A stretch of DNA of 24,000 nucleotides from Spartobacteria bacterium (GTDB taxonomy: Bacteria; Verrucomicrobiota; Verrucomicrobiia; Chthoniobacterales; UBA6821): positions 30,817 to 54,816 of the forward strand of contig CANIBV010000002.1 in assembly GCA_947466005.1 (NCBI GenBank), written 5' to 3'. The position numbers were made by a program, and so were the translations under genes. Positions 8,676 through 17,380 of the stretch are shown in pieces. Each line of letters begins with the position of its first letter. Positions within the stretch are counted from its first letter, which is position 1. Under the pieces are notes generated by a model. That model was not told the DNA's origin and ran no database searches. It saw only the letters and a list, made by a program, of their open reading frames with translations.

Positions 8676-9644
8676 GTGCCAAAGAAAGCCAAAACACTCA
8701 AATCTTCGAAAGCTTCCAAGGTTTCGCGGAAAGCCTCCCGATCTACTTCGGTTCCCAAAGACACGATCACAGTGGGCTTGGTCCAGATGCGTTGCGTCAG
8801 CTCACCCTCGGAGAATCTCAAGACCGCCATCCGCCTGACCCGGGATGCCGCCAAGAAAGGAGCAAGGGTCGTCTGCCTGCCGGAGCTCTTCCTGAGCGAG
8901 TACTTCTGCCAGAGCGAGGATCACGACTATTTCAAGCTGGCCGAGGCGATTCCGGGACCGACCACGAAGTCGCTGGGTAAAGTGGCCAAGGAGCTGGGCG
9001 TGGTACTCATCGCCTCTCTCTTCGAGCGCCGGGCACCGGGCCTCTATCACAACACGACGGCCATCATCGAGGCCGACGGTAAGTATCTCGGCAAGTACCG
9101 CAAGATGCACATTCCGGATGATCCCCTCTTTTACGAGAAGTTCTATTTCACGCCGGGTGATCTCGGTTTTCGCAACTGGAAGACCAGCGCCGGCGACCTG
9201 GGTGTTCTCATCTGCTGGGACCAGTGGTATCCCGAGGCGGCACGCCTGACGGCCCTGCAGGGTTCCGAGGTGATTTTCTATCCAACCGCGATCGGCTGGC
9301 ATCCCTCGGAGAAGAAACTGTATGGGGAGAATCAGAAAGCCGCCTGGCAACTCGCCCAGCGCGCCCATGCATTGGCCAACGGCTGCTATGTCTGCGGAGT
9401 CAATCGTATTGGCCATGAGAATCCTGTGGCTCCCGCAGGAGGGGAGGGGCTGGAGTTCTGGGGAGGGACCTTTGTCGCCGCTCCGAACGGCCAGATCATC
9501 GCCGAGGCTCCGGCCGACAAGGAGATGGTCCTTGTGGTCGATCTCGACCGCGAGTTCATGGATACCCAACGCACGCACTGGCCCTTCCTGCGCGACCGCC
9601 GGATCGATGCCTATGCGGGGATCGAGAAGCGCTTCATCGATTGA
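8676..9644 (+). CDS. aguB: Carbon-nitrogen hydrolase, N-carbamoylputrescine amidase-like
   Basis: Nitrilase-superfamily catalytic E-K-C context: [34 protein letters not shown]. Strong resemblance to AguB ([22 protein letters not shown]). The GTG 8676 start adds a 32-aa K/S-rich tail. GTG 8772 (VGLVQM...) is a plausible alternative start. Confidence 0.78.
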   Translation: MPKKAKTLKSSKASKVSRKASRSTSVPKDTITVGLVQMRCVSSPSENLKTAIRLTRDAAKKGARVVCLPELFLSEYFCQSEDHDYFKLAEAIPGPTTKSLGKVAKELGVVLIASLFERRAPGLYHNTTAIIEADGKYLGKYRKMHIPDDPLFYEKFYFTPGDLGFRNWKTSAGDLGVLICWDQWYPEAARLTALQGSEVIFYPTAIGWHPSEKKLYGENQKAAWQLAQRAHALANGCYVCGVNRIGHENPVAPAGGEGLEFWGGTFVAAPNGQIIAEAPADKEMVLVVDLDREFMDTQRTHWPFLRDRRIDAYAGIEKRFID

Positions 9645-10462
9645 CCAAAAACAAATCCAAGCCACGCGCGGGCCAACCTCCGCTCCCGGATCAGGTGCGT
9701 GACTACCGCCTGCTGATGCAACGGTGGCACCATCTGGTGCGAGAGATCACCCCTCTGGACCTTTCGGTTTACGGCGAGGCGGGTGGCTATCCGCTGATGG
9801 TCGTTCATTCGGCACGGCGAGACCCTCTTCTTCCCTCGTTCTATCTCTCCGCAGGCATCCATGGCGATGAACCGGCCCCCGTGGAGGGTCTCCTTCAGTG
9901 GGCCGCGGAGACATTCCGGGCGGATCCCTCCATCGCGCACTGGAACTGGATGATTTTCCCCTGCCTTAACCCGTGGGGGCTGGAGCGGAATGTCAGGTTG
10001 GATGCCCAGGGGCTTGATCTTAACCGTTACTACAACTCCAGGAAGGTTCCTCAGATCATGGATCAACTCGCCCTGTTGCGGGGGCATCGCTACGATGTCG
10101 CCGTCAGCCTGCATGAGGACTACGATGCCCGAGGGTTCTATCTTTACGAGATTGCTGCCAAGCGCCCCCACTGGGGAGAGTACCTCTGCTCGGAATGCGC
10201 CTCCGTTCCTCCCGATGACCGCCGCAAGATCGACGGACATTCGTCAAGGAATGGTCTCATCCGCAGAAAGATCACAACGGGGATGATGAAGGGGCATCCG
10301 GAAGCCTTCCGGCTTCACTTCCGTCACGCCGACCGGACATTCACCCTCGAAACTCCTTCAGAGGAGTCACTGCGAAAGCGAGTCGCCCTTCATCGGGAGT
10401 TTCTGACGAAGGTCGTGAAAAAAATGAAATCCGATGGTGGCGTTGCCGGAAAAAACAGCTAA
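9641..10462 (+). CDS. M14-like zinc hydrolase (succinylglutamate desuccinylase/aspartoacylase-type fold)
   Basis: SAGIHGDEPAP (HxxE zinc motif), NPWG, GLDLNRYY, VSLHEDYD. The TTG start at 9641 overlaps the aguB stop (aTTGA, 4-nt overlap). ATG 9716 is an alternative start. Confidence 0.65.
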   Translation: MTKNKSKPRAGQPPLPDQVRDYRLLMQRWHHLVREITPLDLSVYGEAGGYPLMVVHSARRDPLLPSFYLSAGIHGDEPAPVEGLLQWAAETFRADPSIAHWNWMIFPCLNPWGLERNVRLDAQGLDLNRYYNSRKVPQIMDQLALLRGHRYDVAVSLHEDYDARGFYLYEIAAKRPHWGEYLCSECASVPPDDRRKIDGHSSRNGLIRRKITTGMMKGHPEAFRLHFRHADRTFTLETPSEESLRKRVALHREFLTKVVKKMKSDGGVAGKNS

Positions 10463-10475
10463 AATATCTCTTTTC

Positions 10476-11591
10476 ATGAGTAAATACCCCATGGTTTTGA
10501 TGGTGCTCCTGGCAGCCACAGTTCGAGTACTGCAAGCTGATTCCATTACTCTAAACAATGGTAAGATCATCAGCGGAGAGATTCTCAGCGATTCCCCGGA
10601 TGGCATCCTCATCGAGTACTACGCGACATCCACGATCAAGGATCAGAAAACCTTCCCTCGCGATGATATTGTCAGTGTCGTGAAAGAACCGGCTGACGAG
10701 AAGGGCTTTAAGGCTCTCGGCAATCTTGTCTCACCGAACACTCTTCTGGACACCTCCTTTTGCGATGAGTTGATCATGAAAAAGATCCCTCAATTCCTGA
10801 ATAAGTATCCCTATTCAAAACATCTTGCCGAGTTGCGTGCAACTCTTAGCACACTGGAAGGCGAGCGGGATCGGCTTCGTGTGGGTGATCGCAAGATTGA
10901 TGGCATCTGGATCAACGCGGATGAAATCAACTCCGACAACTACCAGTTAGGAGCCAAAATCAAATACACCGAAATCAAGCAGCAGGCGTTGGAGAAAAAT
11001 ACCCTGGGAGCCCTGCAGTCGTGCGAGGTGCTCGAAAAGAGCTATCCGGGATCAGTCGTGATGCCCGATACAATTGACCTTGCTCTTAATCAGTGTAACC
11101 AACTCCAGGCAACCCTCGACAAAGCAAGGTGTGACTTTGATGTCCTCAATAAGCGCCGCCAGAAAGCCATTGAGTTGGCTCCAGGAGATCAGGCCTTGGA
11201 AATCAAGAATGCCATCGAAGCAGAAAATCAAAATGCAAAGAACGCCATCCAGAATGCTCTGGCTGATGGATCGAAGTTCTTTCCTGTCTTCCCGAACAAC
11301 AAGGAGGCTTTGGATGCCCTCCAGACCCTGATCACCTCTGAAACAGCCAGATGGACACTCCTTTCAAAAACGCCCATGCGTGATGGCATCACGGCTTCAA
11401 AGAACTGCGCTGCCGCAGTGGCTCAAGGGGATCTAAAAACAGCACAGGAGCAACTCGCCCTCTCGGAAAAACTCTGGCCAGTAAATGCAGAGAACGCCAA
11501 ACTCAATCATCTGGTCGAAGGGCTAGCCAAACCCCAGACGGCAGCGGAAGCGGCCAAAATCAAAGCGGCGGCGGAAGCGACGAAAAAATAA
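10476..11591 (+). CDS. Secreted/periplasmic protein of unknown function
   Basis: ATG 10476 gives MSKYPMVLMVLLAATVRVLQADS, a signal peptide. The track ORF starts earlier, at 10434. The N-terminal segment is SH3-like and beta-rich (ITLNNGKIISGEILSDSPDGILIEY). The remainder is long, helical and rich in Q, K, A and N, with an A/K-rich tail. I recognise no family. Lowest G+C in the window: 26/60 and 29/60 in two blocks I counted. Confidence 0.6.
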   Translation: MSKYPMVLMVLLAATVRVLQADSITLNNGKIISGEILSDSPDGILIEYYATSTIKDQKTFPRDDIVSVVKEPADEKGFKALGNLVSPNTLLDTSFCDELIMKKIPQFLNKYPYSKHLAELRATLSTLEGERDRLRVGDRKIDGIWINADEINSDNYQLGAKIKYTEIKQQALEKNTLGALQSCEVLEKSYPGSVVMPDTIDLALNQCNQLQATLDKARCDFDVLNKRRQKAIELAPGDQALEIKNAIEAENQNAKNAIQNALADGSKFFPVFPNNKEALDALQTLITSETARWTLLSKTPMRDGITASKNCAAAVAQGDLKTAQEQLALSEKLWPVNAENAKLNHLVEGLAKPQTAAEAAKIKAAAEATKK

Positions 11592-11600
11592 CGCAAAATC

Positions 11601-12197
11601 ATGAGCATATCCACACGCACCGCCAGCATTGACAGGAAGACCAGTGAGACAGCCATCAAGATGACCCTTTCCCTTGATGGCGAAGGAAACTCTGACGTGC
11701 GTACCGGCATTCCCTTCTTCGATCACATGCTCACGCTGTTCGCCCGTCACGGTCTATTCGACCTGACCGTTGAGGCCAAGGGGGACATCGAGGTCGACTT
11801 TCATCACACCGTCGAGGATACGGGTATCGCCCTCGGTCAGGCTCTTGCCAAGGCTCTCGCTGACAAGAACGGCATCCGCCGTTATGGATCCGCTTACGTC
11901 CCGATGGATGAGGCGCTTGCTCGGGTCGTCGTCGATTGCAGCGGTCGCCCATTCCTGGCCTACGAGGCCCCTCGCGGAGTGGAGGCGATCGGACTCTTCC
12001 CATTCCAACTTGTGGAGGAGTTTCTCCGTGCCCTTGCCGTCAACGCCGGACTCACCCTTCATGTTTCCATTCTGGCCGGCCGTGATGCCCACCACATGGC
12101 CGAGGCAATCTTCAAGGCGCTCGGCCGTGCACTCGACATCGCCGTCTCCCATGACGAGCGGGTGAAAGGCATCCCCAGCACCAAGGGCGTGCTGTGA
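11601..12197 (+). CDS. hisB: Imidazoleglycerol-phosphate dehydratase (monofunctional)
   Basis: RKTSETAIKMTLSLDGEG, TGIPFFDHMLTLFARHG, DFHHTVEDTGIALG, DAHHMAEAIFKALGRAL. Confidence 0.93.
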   Translation: MSISTRTASIDRKTSETAIKMTLSLDGEGNSDVRTGIPFFDHMLTLFARHGLFDLTVEAKGDIEVDFHHTVEDTGIALGQALAKALADKNGIRRYGSAYVPMDEALARVVVDCSGRPFLAYEAPRGVEAIGLFPFQLVEEFLRALAVNAGLTLHVSILAGRDAHHMAEAIFKALGRALDIAVSHDERVKGIPSTKGVL

Positions 12198-12838
12198 GTC
12201 GGGAAGTCTCTCCGATCCTCGGCCTCGTCGACTACGGAAGAGGCAATCTCCGCAGCGTTCAACGGGCCATCGAGCATGCTGGCGGCACTTGCCTGCTTGT
12301 CCACACGCCGGCCGAGACGGAACAATGCGCGGCCCTTGTGGTTCCTGGCGTCGGATCCTTCGGTGACTGCGCCCTCCAACTTCGCGAAGCCGGTCTCTGG
12401 GATGTGATCAAGGACTGGCTTGGAGCCGACCGACCCTACCTTGGCATCTGCCTTGGCTATCAGCTCCTCTTTGATTCCAGCGAAGAGTCACCCGGCGTGG
12501 AGGGCCTCGGCGTACTGGCTGGGAAAGTCGTTCATTTCCCGAGGGGATCAGGACTCAAGATTCCTCACATGGGCTGGAACCAGCTGCACATCGGCACTCC
12601 CTCCGACCGCCTGATGAAGGGTCTGGGAGAGACTCCCGATTTTTATTTCGTCCACTCCTACTATCCTGTTCCGGAGGATCCCTCCGTGGTCACCTCGACC
12701 TGTCATTACGGCTTGGAGTTCGCCGCTAGTGTCACACGCGGAAATTTGAGCGCCATTCAGTTTCACCCTGAAAAAAGCCAGAACCTCGGCCTCACGATGC
12801 TGAGAAACTTTATCTCATCACTATCTTCCAACTCCTAA
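12194..12838 (+). CDS. hisH: Imidazole glycerol phosphate synthase, glutamine amidotransferase subunit
   Basis: GNLRSVQRAIE, VPGVGSFG, GICLGYQLL (nucleophile Cys), PHMGWN, YFVHSYY, FHPEKS. The GTG start overlaps the hisB stop (GTGA). Confidence 0.93.
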   Translation: MSREVSPILGLVDYGRGNLRSVQRAIEHAGGTCLLVHTPAETEQCAALVVPGVGSFGDCALQLREAGLWDVIKDWLGADRPYLGICLGYQLLFDSSEESPGVEGLGVLAGKVVHFPRGSGLKIPHMGWNQLHIGTPSDRLMKGLGETPDFYFVHSYYPVPEDPSVVTSTCHYGLEFAASVTRGNLSAIQFHPEKSQNLGLTMLRNFISSLSSNS

Positions 12839-12850
12839 CTCCTCTCCACC

Positions 12851-13567
12851 ATGTTGCTCTACCCAGCCATTGATCTCATGGACGGCCAAGTCGTCCGCCT
12901 CGAGCGGGGACTGGCCGCCAAGAAAACCGTCTACGGCACCGATCCCGTGGCCATGGCAAGAAAGTGGGAGGCTGCGGGCGCCGACTGGATCCACCTTGTC
13001 GATCTGGATGCGGCCTTCGAGGGAAAAAGCCGCAACCTCGATGTCATCCGCGCGATCACCAAGGCCGTCTCGGTTCCTTGCGAACTGGGTGGCGGGATGC
13101 GCGACTCCGGATCAATCGAGGCCGGTCTCTCCACCGGGGTTCATCGGGTGATCATCGGCACCAAGGCTGCCGAACCCGGATTCCTGGCTGAGGCGGCGGG
13201 AGTCTTCGGGCCCTCCCGTCTTGCTGTCGGCATCGATGCCAAAGAGGGCAAGGTGGCCGTGAAGGGATGGGTCGAGACCATGGAACTGACCGCCCTCGAT
13301 CTGGCCCGTGAGGCGATCAACGTAGGCATCCGCACCATCATCTACACCGATATCGCAACAGATGGGATGCTTCAGGGGCCGAACCTGCAAGCCATGCGTG
13401 AAATGGCAGCAGCAGTTCCGTGTGACCTGATCGCCAGCGGCGGCGTCTCAGGCCCCGATGATATCCGACAGCTGGCGACCATCCCGGGCATCCACGGAGC
13501 GATCATCGGCCGCGCCCTCTACGAGGGACGCATGCCCGAGGATCTCCGGAGTATCCTAAAGGGTTGA
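12851..13567 (+). CDS. hisA: ProFAR isomerase (1-(5-phosphoribosyl)-5-[(5-phosphoribosylamino)methylideneamino]imidazole-4-carboxamide isomerase)
   Basis: MLLYPAIDLMDGQVVRLERG, HLVDLDAA, GGGMRD, IYTDIATDGMLQGPN, ASGGVS, GAIIGRALYEG. Confidence 0.93.
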   Translation: MLLYPAIDLMDGQVVRLERGLAAKKTVYGTDPVAMARKWEAAGADWIHLVDLDAAFEGKSRNLDVIRAITKAVSVPCELGGGMRDSGSIEAGLSTGVHRVIIGTKAAEPGFLAEAAGVFGPSRLAVGIDAKEGKVAVKGWVETMELTALDLAREAINVGIRTIIYTDIATDGMLQGPNLQAMREMAAAVPCDLIASGGVSGPDDIRQLATIPGIHGAIIGRALYEGRMPEDLRSILKG

Positions 13568-13580
13568 TCATCAGAAATCA

Positions 13581-13622
13581 GGAAAACAGGGAATTCGATT
13601 CCCTTCCGAGTTCCTGTTTTTC
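13581..13622. terminator. Terminator hairpin after hisA (A-tract/T-tract flanked, potentially bidirectional)
   Basis: GGAAAACAGG (13581-13590) pairs with CCTGTTTTT (13613-13621). Inner perfect hairpin GGGAAT-tcg-ATTCCC (13589-13603). Confidence 0.55.
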
Positions 13623-13635
13623 AATCTCAATCCCG

Positions 13636-13666
13636 AACAGTCTTCAGTCTTCAGCCTAACAGACTG
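13636..13666. repeat. AGTCT/AGACT palindromic intergenic repeat, copy 2 (deletion variant with extra half-site)
   Basis: aacAGTCTtcAGTCTtcagcctaacAGACTg. It aligns to copy 1 with the 8 nt aaaagact missing, followed by a second cctaacag unit. CAGTCT...AGACTG can form a 6-bp stem. It ends 12 nt before the stop (13679-13681) of the minus-strand b562-like gene. Confidence 0.65.
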
Positions 13667-13678
13667 CTTGCTGACATC

Positions 13679-14092
13679 TCAGTCTGCCTTGAATTTCCCG
13701 TGACCCTCTTTCTTGATCGAGCTCACGATCGCGAGGAGTGATTTTGCCTTCTCGTACTGACCGGACCTCACGGCTTCCTCGATCTGATCGAAGGCGTCCT
13801 TGAGCTCATCCAGTTCAGTCCGGAAGTCAGCAAGGAACTGCGCCCTCTTTTCCTCAGGGATCTCCGAGGTCTTGCGCGGGTCGAGTGTCTTGGAGTCGAG
13901 GGCAGCCTTTTTCAGGTTCTCAATCAGCGTGATGGTGGACTGCTGCTTGGCCGGATCACTCACCTGCTGGGAGAGTTGGCGAGTGCCTCGGGCAAGAATC
14001 TTCATCTGATTCTCAAGGGCGGAATCCGCCTCCGCGTGTAGCAAGCCACCGGAGGCAAGGAGTAAAAGAGCCAGGAGATGATTTCGTTTCAC
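13679..14092 (-). CDS. Cytochrome b562 family protein (periplasmic four-helix bundle)
   Basis: GTG start. Signal peptide MKRNHLLALLLLASGGLLHA. The mature part parallels E. coli CybC from memory: ALENQM (cf LEDNM, the Met heme ligand), LKKAALDSK (cf MRAAALDAQK), and C-terminal KKEGHGKFK (cf RNAYHQKYR, the His ligand). Confidence 0.65.
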   Translation of the reverse strand: MKRNHLLALLLLASGGLLHAEADSALENQMKILARGTRQLSQQVSDPAKQQSTITLIENLKKAALDSKTLDPRKTSEIPEEKRAQFLADFRTELDELKDAFDQIEEAVRSGQYEKAKSLLAIVSSIKKEGHGKFKAD

Positions 14093-14134
14093 GGAGGATC
14101 CTGTGGATAAAACAGTTGTTCCCTAGGTGGTTCC

Positions 14135-16699
14135 CTAGACTGCAACGACGATGTTCACGAGCCTCGCCGGGACGACGATCACTTTCTTGACCTCCTTTCC
14201 CTCCAGAAAGGGTGCCAGGGAGGCATCGGCGAATGCAGCTTTCTCCACACTCTCATGATCAGCTGATGTCGGAACAGTAAGGTGCCCGCGCACCTTACCG
14301 TTGATCTGCACCGCGTAGGTGAGTTCATTGACCACAAGAAACTCCTCATTCCATGCGGGCCATGCCGACTGCGAGGCCAGACCCTTGAACCCCTCGTGCT
14401 TGACGGCCAGTTTCGACCAGATCTCCTCCACAAGATGGGGTGCAAAAGGGCTGAGCAGGGGAAGGAAGAGCCTCAGCGCGTCAAGGGGGCGAGGCTTCGC
14501 ATTGGTAAACTCGTTCGTAAAGATCATCATCTGAGAAATCGCCGTGTTGAAACTGAGCAACTCGATGTCCTGAGTCACCTTCTTGATCGTGGCGTGAAGG
14601 ACGCGCCGCTGCGCATTAGTGAGTTCCTGCTCTGTAAGATCCTCGGAGAGGACCCAATTCCCTTCCTGATTCTCCGTCATCGCCATGCGCCAGACGCGTG
14701 CAAGGAAGCGATAGACTCCCTCGACACCGGTCATGCTCCACGGCTTCCCATGTTCCAAGGGGCCCATGAACATTTCGTAGAGACGGAGGGCATCGGCGCC
14801 GTACTCGGCCACAACCTCGTCGGGATTGACCACGTTGCCGCGGCTCTTGGACATCTTCTGCCCGTCATCGCCCAGGATCATTCCCTGATTCACAAGCCGC
14901 TGGAATGGCTCCGGCGTGGTCAGGTGACCCAAGTCAAACAGGACTTTGTGCCAGAATCGGGCGTAGAGCAGATGGAGCACCGCATGCTCCGTCCCGCCGA
15001 CATAAAGATCAACCCCTCCTGGCCTCGAATTGCTGCCCATCCAATACTGCTCGACCTCCTCGCCGATGAAGCGGTTATTGTTCTTCGGGTCGCAGAAGCG
15101 GAGGTAGTACCAGCAGGATCCCGCCCACTGGGGCATCGTGTTGAGCTCACGCCGAGCCGTCTCCGAATAGGAGACCCACTCGGAAGCCTTGGAAAGCGGC
15201 GGCTCGGCGGTGCCTGTCGGCTTGAAGTCATCCATCTCGGGCGGCTCCACGGGGAGTTCCTCGGCAGCGAGGGGGCGGTGCGAACCATTCTCCCAGACGA
15301 TCGGAAAAGGCTCACCCCAGTAGCGCTGACGCGAAAAGAGCCAGTCGCGCAGTTTGTAGGTGATGGCCCCCTTGCCGAACCCCTCCTCATTCAGCCATGC
15401 GATCATCTTATGTTTCGCCTCGGGGGTACGGAGCCCCTCGATGGTGGGGGAATTTATCGCCGTGCCTTCACCACTAAAACAGCCTTGGTTTTTTTCGTTC
15501 CGTGGCTCATCAGGACGGATGACCTCCCGGATCGGAAGGCTGAATGTCACGGCAAATTCGTGATCCCTCTCGTCGTGGGCGGGGACCGCCATGATGGCTC
15601 CCGTGCCGTAACCGGTCAGGACATAGTCGGCAATCCAGACGGGGATCATTTCGCCGTTCACGGGATTGATCGCGGAGACCCCGAGAGGGACGCCGGTCTT
15701 CTCCTTGGCAAGATCAGTGCGCTCCATATCGCTCTTGGCGGAGCAGGAGTTCTTGTAGGAGGTAACGGCTTCGGTCTGGTCTGCAGCCGTGATCGTCTCG
15801 ACCAGCGGATGCTCAGGGGCAAGGACAAGGTAAGTGGCTCCAAAGAGAGTGTCGGGACGCGTTGTGAAGACAGTGATCGACTCATCGAAGCCCTCCAGGC
15901 CAAAACGCACTTCGGCGCCCTCGCTGCGACCGATCCAGTTACGCTGTAGCAGCTTGATCGATTCCGGCCAGTCAAGACCGTCGAGATCTGCGATCAGACG
16001 CTCCGTGTAGGCCGTGATCCTGAGCATCCACTGCCTCATCGGACGACGCACGACAGGGAACCCCCCAACCTCGCTCTTTCCCTCCACGACCTCCTCATTG
16101 GCCAGCACCGTTCCGAGTTCGGGACACCAGTTGACAAGTTTATCAGAAACAAAGGCGAGGCGCACGCTGTCAGGATCATTCCCCTCATAGGTCGAGATCG
16201 GCTCGGCCTTGCAGGTGGCGGGATTGAACCAGGCTCCGTAGAGCTGCAGGAAGATCCATTGAGTCCAGCGGAAGTACCCGGGATCGGTCGTGCTGATCTC
16301 ACGCGACCAGTCGTAGCTGAATCCGAGCGACTGGAGTTGGGTTCGGAAGTTGTCGATGTTCCGCTGGGTCGTGACGCGGGGATGCTGGCCCGTCTTAATC
16401 GCGTACTGTTCAGCCGGCAAGCCGAAGGCATCCCAGCCCATCGGATGGAGCACATTGTCGCCGCGCAGCCTGTGGTAACGTGCCAGGATATCCGTTGCGG
16501 TGTATCCCTCGACATGACCCACATGGAGCCCATCACCGCTCGGATAGGGGAACATATCGAGTACGAAGTACTTGTTCGCCTCGGGTCGAAAATCGGGGTC
16601 CCCCGGATTTGCAGCGCGGAACGCATTGGATTCCAGCCAGTACTTCTGCCAGCGGGATTCAAACTCAGGGAAGGGATAGTGCTTGCGGGTCAGGGACAT
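14135..16699 (-). CDS. leuS: Leucine--tRNA ligase
   Basis: The track ORF extends to 16789, but the internal ATG at 16699 ([21 protein letters not shown]) matches the usual LeuS N-terminus and avoids overlapping rdgB. HIGH motif ([10 protein letters not shown]), KMSKS motif (QKMSKSRGN), and a CP1 editing domain. Confidence 0.95.
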   Translation of the reverse strand: MSLTRKHYPFPEFESRWQKYWLESNAFRAANPGDPDFRPEANKYFVLDMFPYPSGDGLHVGHVEGYTATDILARYHRLRGDNVLHPMGWDAFGLPAEQYAIKTGQHPRVTTQRNIDNFRTQLQSLGFSYDWSREISTTDPGYFRWTQWIFLQLYGAWFNPATCKAEPISTYEGNDPDSVRLAFVSDKLVNWCPELGTVLANEEVVEGKSEVGGFPVVRRPMRQWMLRITAYTERLIADLDGLDWPESIKLLQRNWIGRSEGAEVRFGLEGFDESITVFTTRPDTLFGATYLVLAPEHPLVETITAADQTEAVTSYKNSCSAKSDMERTDLAKEKTGVPLGVSAINPVNGEMIPVWIADYVLTGYGTGAIMAVPAHDERDHEFAVTFSLPIREVIRPDEPRNEKNQGCFSGEGTAINSPTIEGLRTPEAKHKMIAWLNEEGFGKGAITYKLRDWLFSRQRYWGEPFPIVWENGSHRPLAAEELPVEPPEMDDFKPTGTAEPPLSKASEWVSYSETARRELNTMPQWAGSCWYYLRFCDPKNNNRFIGEEVEQYWMGSNSRPGGVDLYVGGTEHAVLHLLYARFWHKVLFDLGHLTTPEPFQRLVNQGMILGDDGQKMSKSRGNVVNPDEVVAEYGADALRLYEMFMGPLEHGKPWSMTGVEGVYRFLARVWRMAMTENQEGNWVLSEDLTEQELTNAQRRVLHATIKKVTQDIELLSFNTAISQMMIFTNEFTNAKPRPLDALRLFLPLLSPFAPHLVEEIWSKLAVKHEGFKGLASQSAWPAWNEEFLVVNELTYAVQINGKVRGHLTVPTSADHESVEKAAFADASLAPFLEGKEVKKVIVVPARLVNIVVAV

Positions 16700-16721
16700 C
16701 TCGTTGGAACGTTGATCCACT

Positions 16722-17360
16722 ATGGAATCCGAAAATATCCCTTCCGCCAAGTCACTCGCACACGAATTACCGAAGATTCTTTTGGCCACCCGGAACCGTC
16801 ACAAGACCAGGGAGATCCAGACCATGCTGGGAATGGGCGTCATCGTCACCGATGCCACGGAGCAGGCACACCTCCCTGAGGTCGAGGAGACGGGATTCAC
16901 CTTTGAGGCAAACTCAAAGCTCAAGGCGGAAGTGATCTCCCGGCACGTCTCCGGGATCGTCCTCGCCGATGACTCGGGTCTCGAAGTCGATGCCTTGGGC
17001 AAAGAACCGGGCGTCTACTCCGCCCGATATGCCGGTGCTGGATGCACCGACGAGGCAAATACCGCGCTTGTCCTCCGCAAAATGAAAGGATTCCCCCATG
17101 AGGTGCGCGCGGCCCGCTTCCGCTGCGTGCTGGCTGTGGCTGAGAATGGGGAAACACTCGCGGTCTTTGAGGGTGCCGTGGAGGGGTTTCTCGCTCATGA
17201 GGTCAGGGGCGATGGGGGGTTCGGCTATGATCCCATCTTCATGCCCCTGGGACACGACCAGACATTTGGTGAACTCTCCTCCGAGATCAAACACACCATG
17301 AGCCACCGCAGTCGGGCATTGGAACAGTTTAAGGAGTGGTGGGCGGCGAGGAGAAAGTAA
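16722..17360 (+). CDS. rdgB: Non-canonical purine NTP pyrophosphatase (RdgB/HAM1 family)
   Basis: [71 protein letters not shown]. Confidence 0.9.
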   Translation: MESENIPSAKSLAHELPKILLATRNRHKTREIQTMLGMGVIVTDATEQAHLPEVEETGFTFEANSKLKAEVISRHVSGIVLADDSGLEVDALGKEPGVYSARYAGAGCTDEANTALVLRKMKGFPHEVRAARFRCVLAVAENGETLAVFEGAVEGFLAHEVRGDGGFGYDPIFMPLGHDQTFGELSSEIKHTMSHRSRALEQFKEWWAARRK

Positions 17361-17380
17361 CGGAAACCTGCAAAGCGGAA

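Noticed and set aside
8802-9665. A 287-aa ORF antisense to the aguB-like gene.
   Set aside because: It is a shadow of a motif-rich sense gene, with low-complexity R/G/L/A composition and no family signature.
9611-10240. A 209-aa ORF antisense to the M14-like gene.
   Set aside because: The sense strand carries the HxxE/DLNR/LHED motifs. The antisense product has no features.
14282-15949. A 555-aa open reading frame antisense to leuS. It is tempting as an overlapping gene or as a Rodin-Ohno style antisense coding relic.
   Set aside because: Its sequence is R/G/L/P/D/H-rich with no recognisable motif. It lies exactly opposite a GC3-biased gene, where stop codons are depleted in the antisense frame. 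The leuS frame carries the unambiguous HIGH and KMSKS motifs. It is a typical shadow ORF.
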